Shown here: in pieces, positions 37,331 through 52,383 of the stretch
Position numbering within the stretch: the first letter of the stretch is position 1
Layout of the letters: each line of letters starts with the position of its first letter
From: Schmidtea polychroa
Lineage: Eukaryota
Length of the DNA: 64,000 bases
Reading direction: 5' to 3'
NCBI GenBank assembly: GCA_044892525.1
Contig: CM097885.1
Coordinates: 36,954,001 to 37,018,000, forward strand
Program-made: the position numbers and the translations under genes
The notes under the pieces: generated by a model
Databases searched by the model: none
What the model saw: only the letters and a program-made list of their open reading frames with translations
Told to the model about the DNA's origin: nothing

Positions 37331-38622
37331 TTTTCTTTTTATAATTTTCCTTTTATAATTTTCTTCTAACATATATTTAATTTATGAATTTATTTCTTTT
37401 TATAATTTTCTTTCTTTTTTAATTTTCTTTCTTTTTATAATTTTTCTTCTATTTATCAATCAATTAAAAAAACTAATGATGTTGCCAATCAAGTAAAATA
37501 GAAAATATAAGAATTTAATTTTAGATTAAGGATTTATAATTAGAATCAAATAATATTTAGTCCATTTAATAATTATTTATAGATTATTAGGCAAACGAAT
37601 AAATACAGTAAACATCTTTGTTAAAATATACACGTAAATTGCCGGATCCGGATTCAGATCGGGATCAATTTCAAAGTTCCTACACCAAATCCATTGTTTA
37701 AATGAGCTTAGAAATTAAGCATTTTTAATGAAAATGACCAGATATTTAATGATAATTATTTTATGGGTATTTGTGTATTGTTTAAATATTTGACATTTTG
37801 GCGCACGTTTTAAAACATTAAATTTAAAATTTTAATATTTCTTAACAAACCTCGGGATCTATGCAGGAATTCAAATGTCATGAAAATTTATGTCTTAATG
37901 TTCGGGTCATTATTGATTTTCAATATTTTCGATTTTCCTACTGATTTACTCAATGATTTTCAAAGTACCTTTAATCATTTGACACAGAATTAAAGTCTCT
38001 ACAAAATTACATGTAAAGTTTTAAGAAATTATTGATTTTCAAAATTCTTAGTTCTTACACAACACCAGAAATATTTCTCAAAAGATCTTTAGCTTATTAG
38101 AATAGGAATAAATTTTTCTATAAGGTCATTTAAAGTTTTAAGAAGTTATTGAATTTCAAAATTTTTAATTTTGAAATGATTTAATCAATATGAATCAATA
38201 AGTTCTTTAAATTCTACCGGTCCTTCACTGGGGTAGGTTCTGTGATTCGCATTAAAGAGATCACTGTTTACAATCGGAAGTTTGTTTGACCAATCGTCAT
38301 AAATTGACCCCATTAAAATCAAATAATTCGAATGTTTCATTGGATCTATAGAAAAGAAAGAAGAAATAAAATATAAAAAACCATACAAATTATAGCTCCA
38401 AAAAATCAATATGGCTCCATTTTAACATTTTAAGAATGTTTTAATTGGAATGTTTTAATTGATTCATTGATTGTCATTAATTGCTTTTGTGGCTAGATTA
38501 TATGAATATTTATCATTCTGTACTGCTGAATTGCAATAATAGGCCCATATCAATATGATCATTATACAACAGCTAATGGAGACACGACAGTATAATTGGA
38601 TTGCAAATTCAATTGTCATTTT

Positions 38623-38627
<5 letters not shown>

Positions 38628-38706
<79 letters not shown>
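38628..38706. repeat. (TA)n microsatellite
   Basis: Directly visible. Confidence 0.95.
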
Positions 38707-38711
<5 letters not shown>

Positions 38712-39374
38712 ATTACGAACAAGATTTATCAATTTAACTCATTCAACGTTTTCTATCTGTGATTTGTCCATTGGATAGGAACGCTATAATTTCGACATGC
38801 TCAGATATTTGAAGTTGAGAATTACATTCTAACTCTGTCAATTATATATTGCGCGCCATTCCATTTGGGGCAAACCAATTTCTTCACTATTTATTGAATA
38901 TATCGAATATATTGAATATATTGAATATATTTTAATTACTTACCTTTGTATGGTGGTGTTGGTTGTACTTTGATTCGCCTGTATATGTATCGAGGGTTAG
39001 ATTCGTCGACTATGGAAGTCAAAAATATGGTCGCCGGCAAAAAACGCATTAATTGGTTAAAATCGTAGGAAACTGTTATACAAAAAGTAACCGATAATAT
39101 TAAATGCCCAAAAAATAGTCGAAACATTACAAAGCATTACAATTTCCACTGATACAAAACTTGTTTCACAAGAGATTTCTATTTTTGTTACAATAATATA
39201 TTTAAAAGTCCAGCTTCAAAAACTTACATTGAATTTTGAGGTGCAAAGTTTTCCCCTCCAAATGATTTCAGCTTTTCAATAATGCTCTCAAACAAGCCCT
39301 CGGCTTTAGCTTGTCATAACAATATGAATAAACGGTAATAAAAAGTTAACAATATTATTTAGCAATTTCTTTTA

Positions 39375-42300
39375 ACGGATGTGCTTATTGGAGGATTACT
39401 TCCAGAAAAATTCCACAGAGGAGATGACCTCGAATTATTCATCAAAGAATGTTAGAGGATCTACGAAATAACGAAGACACCAGTGAAGACTCATATGGTA
39501 CTAGTCATTACACTTCTGGACAGGACTTTGATCGAAGAATATGAAGCCGCAGAAGGTAAAACCGTGGAACAGAAATTAAGAACAGCTTTTCATCGACCAA
39601 CGTCATTGATTGATGATTTAAGAGATGCCTTGAACGACGAGCAAGGTAACGAATCAGGGGAAATATTTATAGAGAAAATGTTAAAAATGACGAAAAAATT
39701 GGCCTCACACACTTAGAATGAGGAGGAAATTCAGAAATGTTTCCTGACACATTGCATAAAAGATAAAGAAATCAGAAAAAGAAATCGAAATGAAAGATCT
39801 CATGACGGCGGAACAGATTAAAGAAACTATAAAGAAGATAGAAAAAGTTAACAAGGTTATTGAACAAGTAAACACTGAGATCAATACGACCTACAACTTG
39901 GGAAAGAACTTATAGAGATGTGGTACAAGTTGGAGCCACGAAGAGAAAAATCAACGAATGGAAACCAGAGACAATGGATGAAGTGATAGAATGCTGCACG
40001 TATCAAAAACCGGCACACAGTAGCAGAGAATGTAATATGAAAAGGATATTTCAATTTTATGCATGTGGTGTTGAAGGTCACATACGAAGAGAATGCCCAA
40101 TAATCAAATGTCATAGATGCAATGCACGAGGACACAAAGAAAGAGAGTGCTACATAAATATGGAAAGACGAAATTAGGGAAGAGATCGAGACCAAAGGAA
40201 AATGTCAGGAGAAATAATTCAAAGAATTAATTACCAACAAAGAGAAGATATGTATCAACCAAGGAACGTGCATCAAAGACAATGGGGAAACGAACAATAT
40301 AACAGAAGAGATATTGCAGCTATCGAGTCTGATGATGAGATGATAAATACAAAACATTCAAGTCAGCCAGACGAGTATAACAGGGAGGATGACCCAAACG
40401 AGCACGCTCCGTCAAACGGGACATTGATCGGAGCTATCTACTAAGTAATTTTGATTACAACCAAAGAATGAATGATAACGGTATGTATGATGTTTGTATG
40501 ATTGATAAAGACTGTAGTGTTTTTGAACGTGATATACATAATATTGGTAAAATAAATAAACCAAATATATATAATAATAATATTATTAACAATAATGGTA
40601 GTGTAGAAACCAAAAAGTCGAATGACAAGGAAATTCAGAAAAAATTAAAAGAGGAGTGTAAAAAGTAGATGAATTAGTAAAACATTGAAGGATTATAGAG
40701 AAAATTTACAAATTTCTCAAGAAAAATGGAGACGTGTGTATTAATGAAATTGTAGAAGATACTATTGAGCAGAATATTTTGTCAGTAGAAGAACTAAAAA
40801 GACCAGTAATAACATATAATATAATGCAAGGTAGACCGAGTATAACAATGGATATCCAAGGGCGGAAAGTAGATTGTTTATTGGATACAGGAACGCGAAT
40901 TGATGTGATGGCTAAATCAATAATTGATCGATTAGAAAATATCGAGATAATTGAAACAAGTGAATCGCTAAGATGTGCAAACAACAGTAGATTAGAAACT
41001 ATGGGTAAAATAAACATCAATGTTAAAATGGGCGATAGTGAAACAAATGTAACATTCATTATAATAAGGAATATCATACCAGAAATTATCGGAGGAGTAG
41101 AACTACAAAGATTATTTGGTATAGAATTGAAATGTATACGAGAAGAAAATGGAAAACGTAGTTATTTCCATTGCGAAATAGAAGCTAGATTTGGGAGGAT
41201 TATTACAGATGAAGAAAGATTACGTCATGCCATCGACGTTTTAAAGGTTATCGGAAATAAGAGACTGTTAGAAATATTTCAGGCGAACAAGAACGTTTTC
41301 ATGGCAGATAAATGGGATATTGGGTGTACCAATCTGATTAAACATAAGATCATCACGGAAGGAGAGCTAATAATGATTAAACCGAGACGTCAACCAATAA
41401 ATTTGGAAGACAAGATTGAGGAAGCAATAAAAAAATCTAGAAAACAACGGAATAAGTAGGAAGTGTAATTCACCGTGGAACACACCTTTAGTTTGTGTAT
41501 GGAAGAAAGAGAAAAAAACATCAGCTTTGTCTAGACTTCAGACAATTAAACAAGATAACAGAAAGATAAGCATTTCCAATGCCAAATGTAGATGAAATTT
41601 TAGACATCCTACACAGATCCAGATATTTTAGCTCGATCGACTTGGGAAATGCTTATTACCAAGTGAAGTTAGATAAGGAATCTCAAGAGAAGACAGCATT
41701 CTCAACAAAAGAAGGACAGTTCTATTTTAACAGGATGACGTTCGGTATTGCAGCTGCACCAGGAACATTTCAGGAATTAATGACGAAAGTATTGAAAGAT
41801 TTATGGAAAGATGGAGTGATGGTATATTTAGACGACATACTAATATTCACAAAGACAGAAGAAGAACACTATAACGTATTTGGAAGAGTTCTAGGGAAGA
41901 TCTCAACAGCAGGACTAAGATTGAACCCAGAAAAACTTTAAATATTTAGAAAAGAAGTGAAGTTTCTGGGACACATAGTAAATAAAGATGGCATACAAAC
42001 AGATCATACTAAGATAGAAGTAATACAATCATTTCAAAAGCCAAAATGTGTTAAGAATCTGAGGAACTTTTTGTGTATCTGTAACTATTATTGACGATTC
42101 ATAAAAGACTGCAAAGAAGGCAAGAGCACCAGAAAGCATACGCGGAAAAAACAATGAGAAAATAAGATGGTCAGAGATGTGTGAAAAGGCTTTCAGGGAA
42201 ATGAAAGAAGCATTGATAATCGCCCCAGTATTGGTATTTCCAGACTTCTTAAAAGAGTTTATATTAGACACAGACGCAAGCTTCGATGCTATTGTAGCAG

Positions 42301-44035
42301 TTCTTTCGCAAAATGATGAAAAAGGACATGAACATGCCATTGCATAGGGTTCACACGCGATGAGCAGCCACGAAAAAGGATACTACATTACAAGGAAAGA
42401 ATTATTGGCAATATACTATTTTGTAAACATTTCAACCATTACTTATATTACGTTTTACTGCTATTACGTTTTTTGGTAACAACTAAGAAACCAATAACCG
42501 CTCAATTCCAGACATGGATCAACTATTTAGGCAGTCTGGATATTAAAATGGAATACAGGGAAGGGACAAGCCATACAAACGCAGATATGCTATCCAGGAA
42601 AAAATGCGGAACATGTGTACAGTATATGATGGAACACGAAGATCCAAAAACCGGCAAAATTAAAACCAGAATATTAACAGTAACAGCAGAAGGCGAATAT
42701 AACAAGTGGCAAAATGACAATGTGGAGGTCCCAGAAATAAAGAGTAAGTTAGAAAATAAAGATTGTATATTCATAATGGAAAACAACACGGTACTAACTA
42801 AGCAAGGTAAAATATGGATACCATCAGATAATAGACAAAAGATGATAAAAGAAGTACACGTATTGCTGTGTCATACATGTACACAGAAAGTAACGAAATA
42901 TATTCAGATTAATTTCGACTTGGAAAATCTTTCAACGGAAGTAAAAAGGGTAATTGAGAACTGGACATATATGGGCCATTAAAAGTAACTTTCAATAAAA
43001 AGAAATATATTTGTGGAATCATTAACCACTATAGTAAATACATCTCATTAACAACCATAAACAAGCAAGACGAAAAAACAATTAGTGAGACTTTATTAAA
43101 TAGATGGATATTAAAGTTTGGAGCTCCAAAAGAACTTCATGTAGATTGTGGGAAGAACTTTGAAGCAAGAAGTATTAAAGAACTAGCAAAGGCAGCTGGT
43201 ATTGAATTAATCTTCTCAAGCCCATATCACCACAACACGAATGGTATTATTGAAAGACAGTTCAGGACAATCAGAGAGTATATTTACGCGTCATTGAATG
43301 AAGGAGGAAGAGAAAACTGGGCTGATTTAGTACCAGAAATAGAATATACTTTAAATGCAACAGTTCAAAAAACGACGGGAGTAAGTCCAGCAGAGATTAT
43401 ATTTGAAAGGAAAATCGACAGAATGAAATGGTACACGAATAAAGGAATAAAAAGAGAGGATATGGAAAATATAATAGAGGATAAAACACTAATGCCAAAC
43501 GGAAGCAAAACAGTGAGAAACTTCGAAATGGGAGATAGGGTGTTGATCAAACAAGAAATTAGAAATAAAGACGAAGCAAGATGGGAAGGGCCGTACAAAG
43601 TGATAAAGAAAATACATGAACGGAGCTATTTACTTAAAGATCAAAATGAGAAGACGGTAGTTAGAAATGTTGAGAAGATCAAACTTTTAAAAAAAAGGGG
43701 GATGTGAGTAGTTAAAATTAAAATTATTTCATGATTACAATTTGGTAAAATTAAAAGTGAAACTTAAATTATTTGAAATAAATTAGAATTAAAATGGTTT
43801 AAAATTAAAATGAATATTTTAATTTTAATTTTGAAATATAATAATTTTTAATAAAATTGCAAATCAATTATGAATGTGGTATGTTGATATTTGGTTGAAA
43901 TTAAAATTTATAAAAAGAAAATGTCCCAAGAATATAAGCAGATTTAATGAAATATAATTTTGGATTTATTTAGTCTTAGTAATTTATTTGATGACAGAAG
44001 AATTTTAATGTTGAAGATAGAAACCTGCATTCTAC
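39375..44035 (+). mobile_element. Ty3/Gypsy LTR retrotransposon, degenerate gag-pro-RT-RH-IN; PPT ~43689-43702; 3' LTR starts TG at 43703 (end approximate); 5' LTR not found
   Basis: CCHC knuckles, LLDTG protease, YLDD RT, LDTDAS RNase H, integrase core and RWEGPY (GPY/F); many stops and frameshifts. Confidence 0.93.
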
Positions 44036-44590
44036 TTTAAATTATCTTTTGATAATATTTCATTTATTTTCATTCTTTCAAAAGATCAAATATTAATCCT
44101 ATGGAACACAAATTATCGGCTTTGTCTTTATCAAGTGTAAATGAAAATTTATGTGGCATAGGATTAATTTTTTATCTTTTACCAGACTGAAAATAAATAA
44201 AGAAAATAAATAAAGTAAAAAAATAAAAGGTGGCCAAAAAAGTAAAAAATTTTAACATTATCTGCATAATTTCAAGTTAACAAATAATGAAATTTATTAA
44301 TTAATTTACAAAAAGTGATAGCTTTAATTCCAAAAAGTTAAATTAGTAGAGTTGCAAAAAGGCTTTACATTGGAACCATCTCTTCAAAACCATATTGAAA
44401 AGATCTAGAAAATTATTAGTTCTATTTTCAACAACCCAATATTATTTGTCGCTGAATTGTAGTTCTTAAAAGTGTGCTGAAAGATTTTTCATAAGCTATC
44501 ATTGAGGTACAAACTTCTTGGTTATGACTCTTCATTAATTATTAACAAATTTCAAATATAAATCTAAGATTTAAGTTTCACCATTATAAA

Positions 44591-47498
44591 CAATGTTCCC
44601 TTTAATTTATTTTTCTGCAGTGCGGCAAACAAAGGTCTTGCGCTAATTTTTTAGAATACAAAAACACTGTATAAAAATAAATAAAATAACTTTGATTTAT
44701 TTCAAATATAAATTAGCACGTATTTCAAACACTCACAAATTGTGAGTCACAATGTTACATTTTATCACATTGTATGAAGTTTCAATGCCATAAAACTTAC
44801 TATTGTGCATCAAATTGTAGGCTAAGTAAATATTTAACACTAGATTTACCGACAATTTAACAATGTCAGTTATACCAATACCAGTCAAAATAACTGGTAT
44901 TGGAAAAATGGTTGGTAGGGTTTTTCAGTCTTTATATATTTTTTTAAAATAAAAACTACTTCAATTAGGTGAATTTGTAATTTATTTTATTAATTATAAA
45001 TTGATTGGTTAGTTAATTGAAACAAAAATATTCGAGTCATATCCACAACATAAGATACATATATTTTTTATTACTATACAGTATAATAAAGAGCACAGTA
45101 AACATATAACATAATCAGGATTTTAAAATTCCATTTCAATTCTGAATCAGAAACCTATAAATTAGTAGTAGTATTGGGTTTGCCACAATTTTTACATACA
45201 TAGATTTTGCTTTGTGTACATTTTCCACATACAAATTTTTTGCATGTTTTACAAATAGTCGTGGTCCTATTATTATTACAGTATTCTATTTGACACCATT
45301 TACGTATATGAAGGGTGCTACTTGAATTACTTGAGTTCTCGGCTAGACGAAAAAAAAATCTTTTCTTGATATATTTTCACCTGTCGTGTTTTTATACAAT
45401 ATCCAGGCCTTTATCCCAGCTAAATCTAGAATATTGAAATAAAGTTGAAGTGGCTATCTTCTGGAACCTGATTTTACACTATATTTTCGTGCCATTTGAT
45501 CAGTAACATCTTCGTCAAATTTAGTATTGTTATAAAAAGACACAGTTTTGAGTAATTTCTTTCTAATTTTATCAATTTTGACGTGTTTGTGCTTTGTACT
45601 TAATAAAAACACTTTCTTCTTCGGTTTACTCTTGTAAATAGTAAGTTTACATCCATTTGATTCGTAAAGCAACGTGGAATAACGATCCATGCTATCTTTC
45701 TTTGTTTTGTAGATCTTTGGTAGTTCCCTTTTATTTCCACGTATTGTTCCAACCAATGTAGTAGTTTTTGATAGTAATTTCAACGCAAGAAGAATACTTG
45801 TAAAGAAATTGTCCGTTGTAATGGTTATACCTTTCATAGTATATGGTTCCAAAAGTTTCAAAACAACAAATTCACTTAGAGGTGTTGATGAATTTCGTGT
45901 ATCATCTTTTCCTAAATAAGGAAATCCATTTATAACATATTTAGTTTCAACATCAGACGCCAGCCACAATTTTATGCCAAATTTGCCGGGTTTGTTTGGC
46001 ATATATTGTGTGAACCTGCATCTGGCCTTCGTTGGAAAGAGTTGCTCATCCACCGTAATATGTGCACCTGGTTTGAAGCGATTTTGACTATTTTCAAGGA
46101 ATTTATTCCAAACTGTTCTTTTGTCAAAACGAATAAATCTTAGAATCTCTGTAAAATCATTTCAACTCATAGTTTTGGTAAAAAATATCTGGGCCCCACT
46201 TCTTATTCCATAAATATTCCAATCTCAAAGTTTTTGCCTCGTACGCTCCACGTGCATACAATAGCGCAATGAATGCCTTCAATTTTGCTTGCGGAAATAT
46301 CCATTTTTTTTTAAAACTCGAGAAGCTTCTAATTACGTACACGTTTACACATTCTAAAATAGAATGGTCAATTACTAACAAAAATGCGCTACTTAGTTCC
46401 GCCTTCATAATATTTCTTTTTGCATATGCTGCAGGGCCAAGAGCATCCTTGAAAATATGGCTAATTGATAATTTTCCAGCAACGTGCCCTTCTTTCATTT
46501 TTTTCAAAACAGTTCCGTCTTTACCAATTTCTAGATAACTTTCAGCTTCGTCACTAAAACTGGACGGCAGTGGTAAACACCTTCGTTTACGTGTGTTTGA
46601 AATGTTTTTGTATTCACTGTCGCTTGACTCATCTTCATTCCTCTTATCAGAAATATCGCTGTCACTACTCTCGATATTAACACGTTTCCTTCCACGTGGA
46701 TCACTTTCTTTATCTAATAATTCACCTTCGCTATCATAAAGCTCATTATTTTCAACATCCGAACATTCCATAGGAATGTCAGTGATATTTTCCAAAAACA
46801 CTGAAGCTTTTTTTTGTTTTCGCATTTTTAGGGGCCTGGCGACATAAAATTCAATTCACACTAATAAAATAATATTTCTCTCTGTATTTAGTTTTCTTAC
46901 CAAAAAATATCTTGAATTATTTGTTATCCAAAGAATTGTTTCTTTCCAGTGTGCTCAGCAAAATTCTACAGTCACAAAATTCAGTCAACGACCTCAAATT
47001 TATCGCGAATTATGTAATTATTACCAGCTTGAAATTTTGTTTTTATCGTGCTACAATTGCGCAGCATTTAGAATTTTTTATAACTATGTAATTTCATTGT
47101 ATTACATAGAAAAATACACCAGTCATTTTGACAGGTTCGGTATAAGTACCGATGATAATCAAAAACCTTTTGATTATGAATAAAAATATAAAACTAACAG
47201 CATAATATTATCAATTTAAAAGTCAATCAATCATTTCCAAAAAAAAATAAAGGCGAAGTAGGAATTCAAAAATGAAATTATAAAACCAGTTATTTTGACT
47301 GGTGTGGTAAATCTAGTGTTAAAAGGTTTTTTATAAAACTATAAAATATTATTTGGAAATTATTGTTAGAAAAAAGATATTAAAAATACTAAAAATTATA
47401 TTTTGGATTTTTTTTCCATAATTCTATTAGAAATATCTTTAAAATGATGTGTGCGAATACAAAACCATGTGCGGCCACGTAGCTTCGAGGGAACTTTG
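44591..47498. mobile_element. Short non-autonomous hAT-type element (~420 bp net) interrupted by the piggyBac
   Basis: TIRs CAATGTTCCCT / AGGGAACTTTG; perfect 8-bp TSD ATTATAAA at 44583-44590 and 47499-47506. Confidence 0.8.
44838..47318 (-). mobile_element. piggyBac transposon (2,481 bp) with a disrupted transposase (~46825-45150)
   Basis: TTAA TSDs (44834-37, 47319-22); 13-bp TIR CACTAGATTTACC; subterminal ACCAGTCAAAATAACTGGT inverted repeat; motifs VDEQL, YMPNKPGKFGIK, TDNFFTS, GTIRGNK, Cys-rich C-terminus. Confidence 0.95.
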
Positions 47499-47909
47499 AT
47501 TATAAATATAAAATAATGACAGAATAAGAAATATATTAAAACTACATTAAATCGATTTTGAATAAATTTATTAATTAGTTTAATGATTTATAAAGTTATT
47601 AATTTATTTATTAATTTGACACTTATTTATCCATGTTTTTAATTATTGTGTTTTTCAAAATTTAAACCACACATTTGAAGATTTATGAAACCGCTTTGAA
47701 GAACTATATGTATGTTAAACACTTTATCGATTATTAGCAAGTGAAATGTGCTAATTTGCACTGTTAGTTTTCCAAACCTTATTCGTGATAAATAAATTAC
47801 CAAAATAACAAATGCATTGACTTGAGAATGGGATTCATTTTTTATTTAATATAAAAAATAATTTTCATTAAAAATCTGTGATTGATTTAACTCTAAATCG
47901 ATGTGCAAC

Positions 47910-48650
47910 ATAGCGGCGTATCAAGCATAACTGGTGCCCTGCGCATGATATCTTTTTTGTGCCCCCCCCCCCCGAAAAACAGGGTACTAAAATATATTGA
48001 ATATACTTGCAATAAGAATATAATACAAATAATGAGTGTTTCGGTTGCATTTTTTGTACTTTTTGTTAAAAAAATAAAAATTTATCACTATCTTAGAAAA
48101 ATGATGTGTACAAGAAGAAAGAAGAACTACAAACATTATTTATAACATTTAATCAGACAAATAAAGAAAGGAAATAATTAATTATATTACAATAATTATT
48201 AATTTAAAATATATTTTCCAGAAATTGACAAAAATAAAAAAAGAAATTTTCTGGAAAATCTTGTTTGTTTTCGGGATAATTCGGCAAAAACCCCAATTTA
48301 CATAAATAGGTCGTGGCAAATGATAAGAGAATTGCAATAGCACGCTTTGAAAGCAGTGGATACTCATTTTTATGTGCAGCCAAAAAATGCGCTACCTCTG
48401 TTTTGGAAAGTTTTAGCTTTAATGTCCGATCAGTTTTTAGCTCCATGAATTTTTCCTACTCCTTTTTCAGTAAGTATCCAAGGGAAATACTATCTGAGAA
48501 TGGTTTTCGAACCTAGTCCATAGGTTGCAGGTCACACTTAGGAAAATAAAAGTTCATTTTTTCTGCTAATGGCTTCAAGTGTTTCACTATCAAAGCCTGC
48601 TCTTTTTTTCTTAATCGTCAGCCATGACATTTGGGAACATTTTATTACTA
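47910..48650 (-). mobile_element. hAT Charlie/Buster-type (ZBED5/SCAND3-like) transposase C-terminal remnant with a TIR-like end near 47910
   Basis: EYPLLSKRAIAILLSFATTYLCKLGF dimerisation motif. Confidence 0.7.
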
Positions 48651-49425
48651 CCATTGGTAGCGTGGAAGCTTTCAATATTGTCCGATAACATTAAAATCTG
48701 AATCTGTTGTGAAATTATTTCTCTTCACTCAGAGTCATCTTAGCCTAAACAGTGTTAAAACACTTGAGAAAAAGGAATTTCGAAAATGCGAGTTTTTTGA
48801 ATCCTTTATAGCTGTGTTGTCTAATATGTCGCGCATACTTCAGGGAGCCACGAAAATATTGGAAAGGGATATACAGCTTCAACAAAAATTTTATTTTTAA
48901 ATGCAAACAAAAGAAGAAATGATAACATAATTTGAGAAGGTTTATGCTGAAAATAAGCCCACTAATCGCCATAAAATAATAATAAAACTTTTATATAAAA
49001 TTAATTAATAACTAATAATTAATTAGTATTAGTATTATTTTAAATCTTTAAATTGTTTTACAGTCATTCATTGTTACATAGAAAATAAGTATTTAGATAA
49101 TCGTTTGTTGTAATAGCCAATGGGAACAAATCCAATCATTTCCTTGTCTATCTTATAGTCGAAAATTATTTCATCTGTATTAAATATATTCCTAGCAAAA
49201 GGCTTAAATTATCAATTAATTGTTTAATATAATGAAATATTTGAGAGTACTTATCATCTATTCTTTCCTTTAATATCATCATTATTTTAATTCATCCTTC
49301 ATAAAATACGATTCGGAATAGAATTTTTATTTATGTATAAAAATTCTTGATTTTTTATTGTTATTTATTGTGAAATTGAATACTTTTCAAATTTTATTAG
49401 GATTGTATGTGTATATATTATACAG

Positions 49426-49904
49426 AAATGATCCAACCCTCAGTCCAGTAGTTGAAGCATTACCAGACAGTCCAACATTAACAGAGGATAATGTTGATGA
49501 TTCTCCTGAAAAATTTGACAAAGATGAAGAAACAACTATGAATCCTGCATCAGACGATGAACTGGAGTTGAGAAGTACAAATCTATCACGTGTTCTTGAA
49601 AATCACTGTTCTTGGCTTCCTGATTGGTTTAAATTCCTTCCTCAGCCTCCGTTACAACCGAAAAGATATCCATCTTTGCGATTAAATAGTGTCTCTAAGC
49701 ACATGATTCCAAGTAACAACGGTCCGATTGTTACTACTGCAAAAGCAGTAACCAGTGAATCTTTAAGTCAAGAAGAGAAATTGCTGAGAGAGAAATGTAC
49801 AAATTTACAAAAGAAACTTGAACAATTAAAACTTAATAAACAATCGAAATATAATAAAACCTCAATCAACGGAACAAGAGCATCAAGTCGAACAATGCAA
49901 AGAA
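49426..49904 (+). CDS. ZFAND4: ZFAND4-like exon 3
   Basis: TACAG acceptor; a phase-2 join gives YRVVDK-NDPTLSP (cf. the family's VVDRGDGTLTP). The donor at 49905 is inferred from phase compatibility. Confidence 0.75.
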
Positions 49905-50439
49905 GTAGGATAAATCAATTTTTATTATATTTTTCATGTAAAAAAATAAGATCCCTTTCAAGAATGAAAAACAATTTAAATGTGCCTAATATTTCTATTG
50001 GATCTTTGTTATAACTTGTCTAATATTTTAAAATTAAAACTTTAAATAAGTTTAAAAATTATTTTAATTATTTTATATTTTTAAAAAGTTCATTTTAAAA
50101 ATATATTTTCATTATTTATTCTTTATACCAAACAAAAAAACGTCCGTAAAATCCATAAAAACATTATGTTTATCTCTGAGATTTTCATCTTACAGCGCAG
50201 TATTCTTTGAATTTTTTTTAATATTTGAATATTAACTATTTTATTAACCCTTTCACTCTTAATGGTTTCACGATGAGGGCATCAATTCATACAAGGCTTT
50301 CCTCAGAACCTCAATAGTCGCATGATTGGACCACCACTGGATATGAGTCATATTTAACATGCTTTGATCTCCACTAATAGTTCTTTTTGATTTCAATATT
50401 GCTTCTCATGGATAAGATGTACCAATTACAGTTTACAAA

Positions 50440-51400
50440 TCGAATGCACTGAAAATATTGCTATGTAGAATTGTATTTGAAGGATAAAAGGCTTTAGAAA
50501 AGAAATTAAGAGAAAGGAACTTGAAATGAATACCGAGAATATCATCAAAATTCTTAGTGTTATCATCGAGAACACCTATTTTACTTTTGAACAAAAAATA
50601 TAAACAAGTTGAAGGTCTGCTTATGGGTTCTAGCATCTCAGGAGTGTTAGAAATCATTTTTATGGATAACCTCGAATAACAAACGAGGACCATACAATCC
50701 ATAGATTTTTACGCAATATGTAAATGATATATATTGATCACGACCAAAAGCAGAAAAGAAGTGGAAGAAATATTTCATATATTTGTTGCGGCTCACTGAG
50801 ATATTAAGTTTCAAACCGGATATTCGGAAGAAGATGGATCCCTGAATCTACTGAACTTAAAAACTAAAATAAAAGTAGATACTCAAACATACGAATTCTA
50901 CAAAAACCCAGCTCGCAAAGAAAGTAAATTTCATAAAAAACTAGAAACAAAGGATAGCCAATCGATGCACTGAAGAAAATGAGAACTATAAACAGCAATT
51001 AAACTTCAATGAAGTCCTACACAGAAACGGTTATCACAATAAGGACATTGAACGAATGAATTCAACCCAAAAAGATCTAGAGAGAACACAAAAAAAGAAA
51101 ACATTTGCACAATGGAAAACTGCCAGGCACTGAAGAAAATATGCTTCCGAAAAAATGTTGTCTACGTGTAATGTATGCAAAGAAATATACATTTGAAGTA
51201 TGCTCAGGAACTTGCACTGAAGAACAACTAGATCCTGGTGGAAAATTCTCGGTATACAGACATCTCCAGCAATGTCAACAAAGGAAGGAAAGAAGATATA
51301 TTTCAATCGAAATCTTAGCCAATGGAAACATCCAAAAGAAAAATGTAAGATTTAAAGAAGCAACTATCATCATCACGGCCAACAATCAACACTAAAGAAA
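50440..51400 (+). mobile_element. Penelope-like retroelement remnant (RT + GIY-YIG), decayed
   Basis: FTFEQK.YKQVEGLLMGSSISGVLEIIFMDNLE, YVND (YVDD-like), IKF....EEDGSLNLL, KNVVY...C..C..Y. Confidence 0.75.
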
Positions 51401-51837
51401 TCAATGAAATCATCAGTCTGATCAGTTGTTATTGACCTTGAAAATATTTTCTTTTAAAAAATAATAATTTAAAAATAATATAAAAAGACTAGATCAAATT
51501 CTAAGGAAGTAAACTTTTAGAGATCATTAGGAATAAAATTCAAAATATAAATGTTTTAAAAAACTTAAATAGTGTATATAAATAGTAATTAGAAACTTTT
51601 TTTTTAAATATTTTATAATATTATTTAACCCAAATTCTTCAAAAAGTTCTATTTTGGTTTAGTTTATTTTTAATCAATGAGAAATAAGAAAAAAGGAAAT
51701 AAAAGAAAAGATGAAAATTGAAGCAACTAAATTCCAGGATATTGAAAAGGACTATTTTTATAGTTGAAAATGCTTTCATATTATTAAATATATATGCTTC
51801 ACAGGAAAAAAGGCTTTAATTATCATTTAATTGTTTA

Positions 51838-52108
<271 letters not shown>

Positions 52109-52113
52109 TTTAG

Positions 52114-52383
52114 ATGGACAGTTAGCCCCGTTACCAAGTAAACCAAAATTGTTGGACATGACATCACAATTACAAAGTCTTTCTCCAACAATAAAAATAC
52201 AAAATGGATTAGAACAGAAACCTCCGTCAGTTAATGAATATCCGCCATTGTTTCCCAATGGTGAATCCAATATCGGTCTGAAATATAGCACTAGAAATTA
52301 TTCCAAATTGACTTCTCCATTCATTAATAAAACCAATTCAAATGGACTTCCACAAATAGCTACAGATATAAACAAGATATCAG
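52114..52383 (+). CDS. ZFAND4: ZFAND4-like exon 4
   Basis: TTAG acceptor at 52112-13, CAG|GTAAT donor, phase 1-1, Pro/Ser-rich open frame. Confidence 0.7.

Noticed and set aside
35601..37358. Long hydrophobic F/I/L/Y ORFs (up to 384 aa) resembling membrane proteins
   Set aside because: Translations of a T-rich satellite, open in all frames.
38780..39330. Possible 5' LTR of the Gypsy or a DNA-transposon remnant
   Set aside because: No match to the sequence after 43703; peptide hints too weak to assign.
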